A DNA stretch of 64,000 nt from Ylistrum balloti (lineage: Eukaryota). A program made the position numbers and the translations under genes. The notes beneath the pieces are model-generated. The model saw only the letters and a list, made by a program, of their open reading frames with translations, was not told the origin of the DNA and did no database searches. The stretch is taken from the NCBI RefSeq assembly GCF_031769215.1, contig NW_026782650.1:186001-250000 (forward strand), written 5' to 3'. Positions 22,161 to 34,409 of the stretch are shown here, piece by piece (positions within the stretch are counted from its first letter, which is position 1; each line of letters starts with the position of its first letter).

Positions 22161-23834
22161 TAATACATATGAATCATTACAGCGCAGCTTGCAAGAGTCA
22201 GTATGGAGCATGTATTTTTCTAAACAATACTTGTTTCTTTTGTCTGCCCATTCTTACAGGATTCTTAGGTAACGCAGGACTTCTCAGGAACACCTGAATT
22301 AGTTACGATCCTTGGAGTTGGGAAGAATCCTTTTAAGTAGAAGATGAAGCAGAATAGTTAGCTATATTAACTATATCATGGTGCCCATGTCAAGGGACTG
22401 AAGGGGCGGGGGAAAAAAGGAGTCAAGTTGACTGACATTTTAAAATCTTTCAAAGTGGTAGAATCAAATAGCTCATGATGGACGGATGTTCAGTTTCTTT
22501 ACCCTGAGGAGGGTGTTAACTTTACTTTAATTCATCTAAACAAGTGTCATTTTTGAACATGACATTTAAACTTCCATCCAAAATAATTCAAACTGGCTTA
22601 GAATTAAAAACATGGAATGAATCAATATTTTATTTTAATGCATATATTGCATTTAAATTACATGTAAATGTATAATATAATTGGTAATTCTTAATTTCCT
22701 GCTTTAAAACAAAACAAGTTACAGCATTTATAGAACTCATGTGACTGTGAAGGTCCTTTGGCCTCTGGTTATTATATGCTACAGTGTTTTTTAGTTTGAA
22801 GATATTTGAATTAAGGTTTACAGCGAGATTTCCAAACAGCATTGTATCCAATAAACACAATGTTCATTCTCATACGTTTTCACAGGGATTACTATAAGTA
22901 CAAGAAGCTTAATTAAATTTACTAGTGAGTATAATTGAAACCAAACGGCGACTCCAGGGTGTCAAAGCCTGGTAGTATTATAAACAGCTTCTGAGCACTG
23001 ATGAGGAATTTACTGTATGTTTTCCTGTAAGAATTTCTGTATTTCAAAGTAACATACCATGGTACAACTTCTGTCCAAAAATACAAAAATGTATCAGTAT
23101 TTTTAAACTAACTTCAACTTTGGTGTCTGCTGTTTTTGATTAATGATCAGATGAATGACAAAATATGTATATAGCATAATGACAAATTAACATTATTATA
23201 TATTCCTCTATGTTAGATTGGACAATTAAAGTATTTGATTTATTTAAGATACTTCTTTATGTGATGCTGAATTATATCAGACTTTGATACAATATTTCAG
23301 TAATTATAGTTATCACAAAATAATAAGTGAATCCTGAGGTTGCATTTATCTTTATATACATGCAATATACACAAGTTATGATACAGAATCTTGGTTTAAT
23401 TAAATCATCTCAGTCCACTTTTTAGTCTATTAAGGTGTGAAAGGTGTAGATACCACTAAACACATGTGTCACTTGCTGAAATGACAAGAGGCCCAATGAG
23501 ATCAGTGGGATATCAATAGGTGGGGATGGGGTAACCTGGACTTGAAGTTAGTGGATTGGTGTAGGTTATGCTTCTTTCAAGTTTCCATTTTACAACAATA
23601 GCCTCAGTGATTATAATGAGGAAATGTGTAAGGACTAATTTGAAGAAAAATATTGATGTTTGAAATGTGCAAGTTTGATCAGATGGCTTATTGATGTATT
23701 ACTTATCTTTGTGAGACTTAAATGGACAGCTCTCTCTGCTAAATTCCTTAATTTGGTTAGTACATATCACAAGTATACTTCCTTACCTCTAATTAATTCA
23801 ACTATTCCAGATATATTATCACAAATACTACATA

Positions 23835-23881
23835 CTTATTCCAGGGACGTATAATACTGTATTATACGTCCCTGCTTATTC
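23835..23881. mobile_element. 33-bp perfect palindrome flanked by 7-bp direct repeats (collapsed MITE or transposon scar)
   Basis: cttattc CAGGGACGTATAATA ctg TATTATACGTCCCTG cttattc. Confidence 0.6.
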
Positions 23882-24889
23882 AGTCTCAGGCTTTTTATAA
23901 TTGCAGATTGAAATACACCTGTGGCCTCTCATTGTGAGCATAGATCTTTGCCCTAGAGTATCTGTTCTAATATAGCATATCTGCATTTCAAAAGATATGA
24001 GCGGTGGATACGCTTTTGTTAATTTGAATTTTATCCAGTTGTCAGCTTGTGTTGTATAAATTAAGGGTTCGTCATAATTTCCAGAGGAAAATTTTTAAAA
24101 GTATAATATTTACCGTCGCTAGATTCAAGAATTATGAAAACAGATTTATTCGACGTCAGATCTCGAATGATCAGGCACCCAAATACAGTACGTCGTCTAC
24201 TCAGATGGGAAAACTCATAATTGAATCTGTTAAAAAGTCATTTCTTTATTATGTAGCACTTTAAACATAGCCTACAGAAGTATGTGTCAACAGAATACAT
24301 CACACAGGTAGCCAAAAAGCCCGCATATCGAACACACGATGGGAACTTCCTGGTAGAGTTACTGCAATTCGTCTCAATCTTGTCAGTAAGGTATAAGGAA
24401 AATGATGGGACCGAAAATGATTTCTCTAGGGCTGTTTTGAGAGCGTTGGTATTATGACGTCACAGATGTGGGCTACCCATGTCGAGGCGATCGCCGTTGA
24501 GTAAAAGGCAAAAATTTCCCATAACTCACAATATCTCTGAAACGGAACTAACTGCGACGTTCGCACTTTCTTTGTATTTCATTGTATAATGTGTGTAGCT
24601 AAATATAGGGAAACAGTCAGTGTACATTTTAATGGTTCCTTGTTGGAGTCTTGTCCTTGATGGACTACTTGTGATGCTATGTAACTATAAACAACATTCC
24701 ACTTTAATACATATCGCACTGATATTTAATTTAATTCATGAAAGTATGATATGGCAGACAACTATATAAAAACAACAGTGTACATATCTAATTGTTGAGA
24801 ACGACAGTTAATGAAAATATATTGCTTCATTACTATACACAATGTATACATATTAGACGTGAATGATCTATTACAAAATGGCAGTTACA

Positions 24890-25070
24890 AATCATATTCC
24901 TTATATGGGTGATGATGGTCAATTATGAATCATTACCTTTTATGGATGATGATGGTTAATTATAAATAATTTTCCTTACATGAGTGATGATTGTCATTTA
25001 TAAATCATATTCCTTATATGGGTTATAATGGTAAATTATAAATCATGTTTCTTATATGGGTGATGATTAA
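24890..25070. repeat. ~37-38-bp minisatellite, ~5 copies
   Basis: aatcatattccttatatgggtgatgatggtcaattat-like units at ~24891, 24929, 24967, 25004 and 25041. Confidence 0.85.
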
Positions 25071-25808
25071 GCTTTTTCAATGAAAAGTAATTGTTTCGGG
25101 TGAATAAAGCAGGTTGTAACGACTGGGGAAACTATTTCCAAACTCTAGAAAGTAAATGTATGAAGTCCGTCTGTGGATTGAAAATTAAACGTCTGGAAAG
25201 TTGATACCATCGAAAACCATTCATGCAACCTAGCAAGACTTCTGTAGAGGAAATTGCGCGCTTAAATTGTGAATAATTTAGAAGATGTCAGATTACGCAA
25301 AATGACATTGGGAAATATGATGTTTCGGATAATAAGAACACTTTACTAGCGTATTCCAGACACATAAACGCTAGCACGATCAATGGACTTTCCACAGATT
25401 GGAATGGTCTATTTATGTCAGACGTTACGGCAGAGAGTCGAGAGTACGGGGTGGTGCCACGCCTTTCTGCTTCTCGGGTTCCTGTCCAGCAGACTCGAAA
25501 AACAATATCCTGAAATATCGTTAACATAAATTCGTACATTAACAACATACACATTTTGTAAGCATCTACCCAATTACCACGCCTAGGGTAATTATATCTT
25601 TTAAATATGGCAATCGTTAGGTCCATTTTGAAATCGTACATGTTAACGCCTTTGTTGGATATATGCATTTTTCAAAGGTCATACAGATTAGCCCATAGCC
25701 AAACTGGACGGCTAACCGGAAACCTTTGACTGTACGACTGATTACGAGATTGTATAAAAGAAAATATCAACAGCTATATACAGTAAAATCCAATAATGAA
25801 TTAACTTG

Positions 25809-25849
25809 CACCATACATCTGTTTCGTCCTTTTAGGACTCGGCAGTGAT
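25809..25849 (-). ncRNA. Degenerate solo hammerhead motif of the same family as the 33.7-kb array
   Basis: Minus strand: AUCA CUGCCGA GUCC-UAAAA-GGAC GAAAC AGAU GUA^UGGUG. The core has A6 changed to C and the stem III loop is no longer palindromic. Confidence 0.65.
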
Positions 25850-26346
25850 AGTAAGGCTGCAATTTTAACACTAAGATGCAGCTGAGGAAAATAAAAATTG
25901 ATCGAAAGAGGTGAAAAAAAACTGAATGGGAAAAACAATATTAAATATCCGTGATTGTATTTATTGTCAATATGAAAGCAATTTGGGAGCCAGATAAATA
26001 ATCATGACGTCCTAACTGACAATGAATACAATCGGACCGATATTTAATGGTTAAATAAGTACGTAGCATTTTTCAAGAAGACTGCACTCGTTGAAACTAT
26101 TATTGAAATGACGGTAAGCAGAGGAAAACAGTAAAGAACCACCCACCCATCCCCTTTCGCCCCCCCCCCCCCCCCCCAAAAAAAAAAAAAAAAAATAAAT
26201 AAATAAATAAAAAATCCAGTGCCTTGGTGCTAGGTACATGTGATAGAAATGTGAAAGTTGCAATCACATTTGTACATTATAGATGACCTACAACTATTTA
26301 ACATGTACACTACTACCTACTTAATAAATGTCAAGTGCCCGGGTAC

Positions 26347-29300
26347 TTACAGCCTGAGGATACACTTCTTGCCGCCCAACATCATCGTGACGAACTCCTT
26401 GTACGATATTGTTCCCGTGCCCGTCGTGTCAACCTCGTCCATTATTTTCTTCACATCCAAGTGTGTTTTAGTTGCATTCAGTCTTTCCAACATCCTTGTC
26501 AGTGCCAGTAAATCTGTTGTATGATGGAGAAGAGTTGTAGAAGTTTTATGTAGGGTGAATATCGGGATTTTACTACACAAGTGATTAAAAACCAACCGTA
26601 CTCTATGTTTTTCATGGAACACAGGCTTGTATGAATTTATATACAGATTATATCCTGACGAAATCTAATGCCAGTCCTGATATTGTTACAACACAGAAAA
26701 TATTCCTAGAATGTAACCAATCTATTAGATTTTTTATATTAGCTGCGTTTTTCTTAAATACTTTAGAGACATAATTGTCACTACTGATTATTTTACGTTA
26801 TGATACTTTCCTGATCACTGTCAACAAAAGACCTACCTATGTCTCCAGAATTGTCGAGGTCAAACTCGAGGAACTTCTCTATAACAAAAACAACGGCTGT
26901 AATTAATATATTTTATCACTAAAGACTTTCTATATTGAAGAGTAAACTCACGTGCAATACTACAATTATACTCGGAATTCGTGGTCTCTACACCTAGTTT
27001 ACGTGTACGGTTCTGCACCTTTGTTGTTTACCATCAAGACACACAGAAATAAGCTATTTAATCATTTCCGTACTAACTCTTAACGCGATGTTTATTGAAG
27101 GGATAAAGAACAGTAACTCCTTTAACCACAAAATATTTTGTAACGAATAAACTTAGTGGTGTAGAAATTAAGAGGAATATAACAAAATACTGTCATAGTT
27201 TTAAAGCTGGATGTTGATCTTTTGTAACCTTCAAAACGAGCGTATCAGCCTGTGATTGGTCAGTTGTTATCTCCTGGAACCAATCAAGTTATTTCATGTT
27301 GATATATGACATGGTCCAGGGTATCAGAGAGTGAAAGCGATCGTAACCGCTGGAGTATCGAATGTGTCAAAAGCAGACGTTACTCAATTTGGAGTTCACA
27401 AATCGACTCTAAGTCGGTTAGTTTGTGACTCAGAAGAGTCAATGACAGACCGAGATCTCGACGTCCATCTGTAACATCGCGACGTCGAGATCGGTTCATT
27501 AGGTTTGCACATTGACGTGACAGGAGATTCTGGTCAATCAGGCCACAATTAACGGCAGCCAAAACAGCACCAAATACCACTGGTGAAAAAAAGCGTCAAA
27601 TCGACCCGAAAACTGAGAAATAGACTGCGAGAGGCAAATCAACGCCCACGTCGTTTGCGATTGTTGACTGAACATGTACCTGATTGTTAGTATTTGTTGA
27701 TGATTAATCATTTTGGAGGGCCGAGTGGAAGATTAGTATTCTTATACTAAACATGTTACCTTCTGAAACTCAAAATATGTTATTATTAACGATGTCTCCC
27801 TATGAGACGTTGGAGGTCTATGCTCTTCACGGTTGTATCTCGATTCACGTTATTTCGATCAGATTGCTGTCAATGTGTGTACCGGCGTCGAAGTGTTTTG
27901 GAGAACGATAGATTGGGGATGGGTAGACTATGGTCTGAGAAGAAATTTCTCATGGTTTACAGACACTATTAATGACAACTAACGGCAATTTAACGGCTGT
28001 GCGCTATCGAGTTGAGATCTTTAGAATTCGTGTCATGGCTTCCATTATAAGGTACCTTTTGACTTCCATCATGATAACACTATTCAAAAACGTTGCAAGA
28101 GTTTGTGGGGACTTTCTTGCAACCCAGAACATCTTCCTTATTTATAAGCCTCCATATAGCCTCAGTATGTCCCAAATCGGAATTAAGCAAACAACCCAAA
28201 TGACATCTGCCAATTGGCCAACGCATTTACCGACATCATCGATACTCCAGGGATTACGATCACTTTCGCTCTCCGAACCCCCTGGAACATGTCATGACAC
28301 TAATGTTCTTGTGAACTCCGTGCTACGCTGAATAAGACACTATAGCTGTTCGGGGAGGGCACACACAATATTAGGGATCGGTCTCATAGCTGCCGTTATT
28401 TCAACTTTGTGTGCATTAGGGTATATACATATGTGGCAATCCGTCAACAGAAATAATCGCAGTACTATTTCCTCTTACATATTGGACTTTCCCATTTTTA
28501 CCCATACACTGTATCGCCTTTTTTCATATAGTGTTTCCTGTAACCACAAGACTGCCATAAAAAATCAGAAAATATGCATAGATTTCTCTTACTTTTTCTT
28601 ATAAATCAATTATGTCTCCTTCAAGTTAAGGGTTTGCTATATACCACTGCATGTTGAGAGAAGGTGACTAAAAGTATGCCAACCTACCCCAACCACGTAT
28701 CCCAAACCTCTGCATCTTATTCGCCTCGAATGCTGGCTCTCATTTGAGATAAATCGATTTAGAACACATACAGATTTCATTGGTATTGCAGTGAAATTGA
28801 TTTTAGAATTTTCACTTTTTTCAGAAATTTTATGTGATTGTAAAATATTGCACTCCGTTTCATATGATATTAGTTTAAATTGTTAAATATCGTTATTTGT
28901 TATTTCAGTCATCTAAAGGCTCGTAATATTTCTTATTTAAATCATATTATAAAACCCACCATATAACATCGACACTTATGTTTAGTCCCTATCTTAAATG
29001 CGTTTCAAGTTCAGGAAATTTGGGAAACATGGGCTCATTAAAAAAGAAATTTAAACATGTTGTCACCAATTTCGAACAAAAATATTACAAGCTTTTACAT
29101 CAATTTGGAACTTCTCTCAAATTTGACCTGATCACTCTATCGTTCCCCTTGTATTTCTTTGTAATATTTGACTAGAAAGCTGACCTTTATATTGATTGAG
29201 TTTCTCTTCCAGATCCTCCATTTCTTTGTAAGTATCATCGTCTTTAAATTCCTGCAAAAAGTACAGAAATGGTTAGAAATTATATGATGCACATTGTACC

Positions 29301-32300
29301 TGATAGAAAGAAAACAGGTAATTATGGGGCGTAGCTTCCATGGAAAGAAAAAGTCTGGGCTTACACATAAAAAGTCCGTGCATAGAGTATGTCGGACAAA
29401 ATTACAAAACCAAGGTTGAAAATAAATATCTAATATTTTTGATAAATAAAAAGATATAAATAGAAAATTGTTGAATAACTAGGCCTAGTGCATTGCTTTC
29501 CGGAACTTTATACATGTCATACTATTCTACTTCTTACTATCATTTCAACGTTTCCGTCCCTGAAAATTGACGGTATAATTAGAATTATATGCAGAAAACG
29601 TGTTTCCTAGTTTGTCCACATCCTAGCCTCACGTTACACATGTCAAGCTGCTTGAGAAAATTGACAATGGTTGACGTAAAACGTTCATTTTATGATTTGA
29701 TACTTGACTTTTAGCACTATATCAAGAGTGTATAGTGATTTCCTGTTCTGCTTTTTCTGTTAAATATTCCTCTCCTGTGAGACAAGCAATGAGACGAAAA
29801 CGATAGGGCAGTACTTCAGTCTGTGTTTTTATGTCTATCTGAGGTCATTAGATGGGAATCAAGTGACTAAACATGTAATTCTAAATAGTTGTTATAATAA
29901 TTTATAACAACGACAAACCAACCCATTGGAACTTAAGATTTGCAGGGTTTATCGCCATGAGAACAGCCATGATCATTTTGAGGTGGAATCTCCATGTAAT
30001 AGCTGGTAGCTTCCTTACAGAAAAAAAACATACTGAAAACTCGTCGCATTTCATTCCGAGTAATTAGGACAACGTGTCTTGCTAAAGACATTGACAAGAC
30101 ACAATCATTTTGACAACAAATTATAAAAACATCAAGAAAAAAAGCAACATGGAGACATAATCACAGTTCAAACTCAAATTCAATAAAACTAGATCAAAAA
30201 ATGAATAAAAGAAAGATTCACACGGAGACCCCTGAAAAAGTACAATGAGGATAAGACCATGTGTTCCGGAAGAGTAAGCGTCTTCTGCTTCATCGACGAC
30301 ACCTGCCATGTAAACCTTGCTCAATCCAAATAAGTAATGTCACGTTCTCAAACGAGAAGACGGTATACAACAAGGGAACCAACAGGCAAACTATCGAGCA
30401 TCAAAAGCGTCCAGCTTCATGTCGCTCAGAGAAAAAGAATATTTCTCAATGAGATCACCATGGTGACCATAACACTTTTGATGAACCATTATAAAATTCA
30501 GTGTGCGACATCCTGAAAGGTTCCATCGAATATGAAAAATTATCAACTGCTTATATGTTATTGGAACAATTTTCTACTTACCTCATTGATTTTCTCCAGT
30601 AGTTTTAATTTCTCTTCCATCAATAAACCAAACGCCTTTCCTCCTGTAATAACAAATATAATTCATCGAATCGGTATTGGGCTGATGAAGTTATACAGAA
30701 AACATTGTACCTATAGAAACATATGAAGATCAACTCTGTTGCTATACACGCTTTTTGGTGAATTCAAGTAATGCTCGACCCTAAACCAATTGGCCGATAC
30801 CCAACTTCATGGCTCGATAAACACTAAAGCTGAATGGATTACATATGTTTCACTATTGGATCGCGTCACTGAATTTGTCACACAAAAATATCCATACATC
30901 CACAAATTCAACGATCCTCAGCCTCGCCTGCCGTATAATGGACTGATGTAATAAATGTTATAGGACACCAAGTAACATCATTTTATGCTGCATAACACAA
31001 ATAAACATCATTTTGTGCTGTAGGACACAAAGTAACATCATTTTGTGCTGTAGGACACAAAGTAACATCATTTTGTGCTGTAGGAAACAAAGTAACATCA
31101 TTTTATGCTACATGACACAAATAAACATAATTTTATGCTGTAGCCTATGTAGGACACAAAGTCAGAGCCAAACATATGAATTATGTAATAAATATAATTC
31201 AAAGACTTTTAACGCTTATCTTTGGCAAATATTGCATCTTTTTTATTTTGGTTACAAGTAAATCTCCAACCCTTTACATAATCTTATACTCGAGTCAATT
31301 CTGTTTAATACTGATGATTTGTAGTACACATACAGTAATTTCCTAATGACGTGGGCACTCGTGTTTACAACATCCTCTGTTTCTATAGGTCTGAAGTAGA
31401 CCAGGAAAAGTGTTCTGACGTCTAGCACGCAGCATGCCCAAGTCTTACTAACGAGTTGAGATTTCTCTCTACATCATACAGAGATTATAAATTAGCTTAC
31501 CGTTTTAAAGTACTGATTTATCTGTTCGTAGGATGCAGACAATTTACACGAGTTTGTGACATCAGAATGAAAACAGATAACAGATTTCAGTTTTTAATGT
31601 CACGCTTAATACTGCACCTCAAAGTTACGGACGATGCCTTGACGGTTTTTGAGACAATAATCATCCCTTTAACATGACAATACAAATTTGGCGGCTTAAG
31701 AATATTCAATACAGATCCCGGATATTCTACACCAACGGTATAGAAATAATCGTTTAGTTAATCTTTTTCTTCTGTTCTTTTTTCTTTATGATCCCCAGCA
31801 ACGCAACAATGGGGCTAATAACAGCACTAGACTGTCTTCCCAAATAACTTGTTAAGCAATCGTTTTTAGCTAGATAAAGCACATATCTATTAATTTCCTT
31901 AATCTTTGTTACGTAAAATATATACATGTATCTTCCGTGTTTCCTCTCTCAAATATTTTAGATGACCTTTGTTATGTGGCCTTATCAAAACTTCGGAATA
32001 CTGAAAAACGTGAGAAAAGCATATCCTAGCTTCCCGTTTTCACAATGGTATTCCTCTGTTCCTCTATCGATCGTCGACTAGGCAGCGGAAAACTTTTGTT
32101 CACGTGTACCCAGGAATAAAGAATCATTTCAATACCAAAAGATCAAATGTAGTTGGTTTTCGGAAATTTGATATCTTAATTCAGTTTTTCAAAGCGCAGC
32201 GATATTAGGAAACAAACGCGTTTATGGAAATTTTGTCAAGGGCCTAGTTCGTCTGCATGCAGATTCACTATGTATAGCACAACGCCTCGCCACGTGCCTT

Positions 32301-32697
32301 GGTGTTATAAAGCCAGTGCTTCTATCAATATCGAATCTGGTATGTCTAGATCGACTGTTCAAACTGTAGTTTACCTTATCATCAAGCTTCTGATTAGAAA
32401 AGGCACATGGATGGACCCGTGCGGTTTACAGCACTATCACTACACAGAAAAAGGACTATACAAAATCCAATAAGAACGACTAGATACAGTACACGTATTT
32501 ACATATCAAATAGTATTATAAGTAATAATTAGGGAGATCAGAAGCCGTCGGATGGAAAATTAGACCAGACATGGAGATAAGAGATGGAAATAAAAGCATT
32601 GAAATAGATCCTCAGTTCGGGTGTGTACGATGTGTATATCGCTATATAAGGATTACTAACCTTGGCGATCGTTGGGATCCAATATTGGTGTCTCCAT
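26347..32697 (-). CDS. AIF1: Allograft inflammatory factor 1 (Iba1-like EF-hand protein); 3' end uncertain
   Basis: Exons (minus): 32697-32661, 30643-30582, 29251-29185, 26878-26837, 26513-26351 (or read-through to TAA at 26347). METPILDPNDRQGGKAFGLLMEEKLKLLEKINEEFKDDDTYKEMEDLEEKLNQYKEKFLEFDLDNSGDIDLLALTRMLERLNATKTHLDVKKIMDEVDTTGTGTISYKEFVTMMLGGKKCILRL. The QGGKAFG, EFDL.NSGDID and KTHL motifs are diagnostic. Confidence 0.92.
27155..28605 (+). mobile_element. Decayed Tc1/mariner DNA transposon in an AIF1 intron
   Basis: Broken peptides VNDRPRSRRPSVTSRRRDRFIR, LRNRLREA, SRFTLFRSD, GNLTAVRYR, VARVCGDFLATQNI, PPYS, LVNS and GGHTQY* follow Tc1 transposase order. Weak inverted ends at ~27160-27180 and ~28580-28600. 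Confidence 0.85.
30180..30480 (-). mobile_element. Penelope-like element 3' end and tail
   Basis: Minus strand encodes HGDLIEKYSFSLSDMKLDAFDAR* followed by a tail matching 16440-16600 (+) and 7600-7745 (-). Confidence 0.7.
30961..31164. repeat. 30-bp minisatellite (taggacacaaagtaacatcattttgtgctg), ~6.5 copies
   Basis: Units at 30961, 30991, 31021, 31051, 31081 and 31111. Confidence 0.95.
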
Positions 32698-33702
32698 TCT
32701 GGATATAAGAAATAGTAACGTCAATGCCTTTAATGCTTTATCAGCTCTGTGTACACTGAATGGTTACGATGGACCATCGACCGACTTTTTCCCGAATGAC
32801 AGCTTCAAGCAGTGGATATTGAAGTATTTTAGCTCATCCCTATATACATGTCCTTCCGCTTAATAACTTAAGCCCCAATATGAAACTATCCTACTTCCTT
32901 CCTTTATGTAACACAGGATAGAAATACAGCGTCAATGACGCATGTCTGTTGACGACAACTGCGCTCCCTGAACACCCCATCAGCTAGCGACTATAGGTTA
33001 CTGATGCTGGGAGCACCACAAGTCCACATCCCGCTTATAATTGTTCCCATTTATACTCCCGCTACGCTATGTAGCATTCAAACCGTTGTGCACATGTGTT
33101 CTGTGTTTTATTTAACAATGGTGAATGTAAATAAACACTGGTGACTAGTACATATACGGCTACTGGGTCATCGCATCAAAGCAGTCACTGCCTAATTATC
33201 CTCCCAGAACAAACACCTGCCCCTTTTTCTGTTTTAATGCCAAATCCATCATCATTTCATATGATGTCTGCCAGCAATCAAAAACTAAATACAACGATAA
33301 TTACTATATAGAGTTAGCTCTCCCACAGGCGCTGGTCACAATTTAACTTCTCGGGGACGTTGACTGTTTCGTCTTCATACGAAAACACTTTGGCATATAC
33401 AAATGATGTGTTACACGTACTGTTATTTCGCGGGAAATAGCTATAACGAGGATATCCCTTTTTGACACGCTAAACATCGTTTTATTGCAGCAGCAGAACG
33501 AAACAAACAATACATATAACACGAAATAACGAAAAAATGAAACAGTTGTTCATCAATCCAGGTATTTTGCATCGCGAGGTGAAATAACGACAACAATACC
33601 CATCTTGGTTGCTTCTAAATGTTGTACAAATGACATACGTTAGCATTACCTTTAAACACAGTTTAGAATTAATTACGTAGAACAAAATAATAAATCCAAC
33701 TG

Positions 33703-34166
33703 CATCATACAGCTGTTTCGTCCTTCTAGGAATCGTCAGTGATGCTACATCATACAGCTGTTTCGTCCTTCTAGGAATCGTCAGTGATGCTACATCATAC
33801 AGCTGTTTCGTCCTTCTAGGACACGTCAGTGATGTTACATCATACAGCTGTTTCGTCCTTCTAGGAATCGTCAGTGATGCTACATCATACAGCTGTTTCG
33901 TCCTTCTAGGACACGTCAGTGATGCTACATCATACAGCTGTTTCGTCCTTCTAGGAATCGTCAGTGATGCTACATCATACAGCTGTTTCGTCCTTCTAGG
34001 ACTCGTCAGTGATGTTACATCATACAGCTGATGCTACATCATACAGCTGTTTCGTCCTTCTAGGACTCGTCGTTGATGTTACATCATACAGCTGTTTCGT
34101 CATTCTGGGACTCGTCAGTGATGCTACATCATACAGCTGTTTCGTCATTCTGGGACTCGTCGATGT
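33703..34166 (-). ncRNA. Tandem array of 10 minimal type I hammerhead ribozyme motifs (45-bp unit)
   Basis: Plus-strand units start at 33703, 33748, 33793, 33838, 33883, 33928, 33973, (19-bp partial at 34018), 34037, 34082 and 34127. Minus-strand unit: (G/A)CAUCA CUGACGA GUCC-UAGAA-GGAC GAAAC AGCU GUA^UGAUG. Stem I, II and III pairings and the core nucleotides are all visible. Confidence 0.9.
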
Positions 34167-34409
34167 TGTTCAGGACCAAATCTTTGAAACCTGGAAGTAG
34201 TCTGAGAAAAATCTGAAGTGATAAAAATATTTTTAAAAATATAAATGGGTAGGTGCACTGGCTCCATAATACAATACATTTCGTAATTTGATATTTGAAG
34301 AACTAAAAGTCCACTAGAAGGGTCTACCACATTCTATCTCAAAGGTTATACGATAGACACATAAGCACCTTATAATACCATTTAGCCGGATACAGAAGTC
34401 ACTTCCTGT

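Noticed and set aside
22990-23040. Hammerhead at ctgatgaggaa...ttcc
   Set aside because: CUGAUGA and a weak stem are present, but the required GAAA and stems I and III are missing.
25288-25668. 126-aa ORF with a TTPY motif suggesting a Gypsy integrase
   Set aside because: Motif spacing does not fit and no other DDE residues align.
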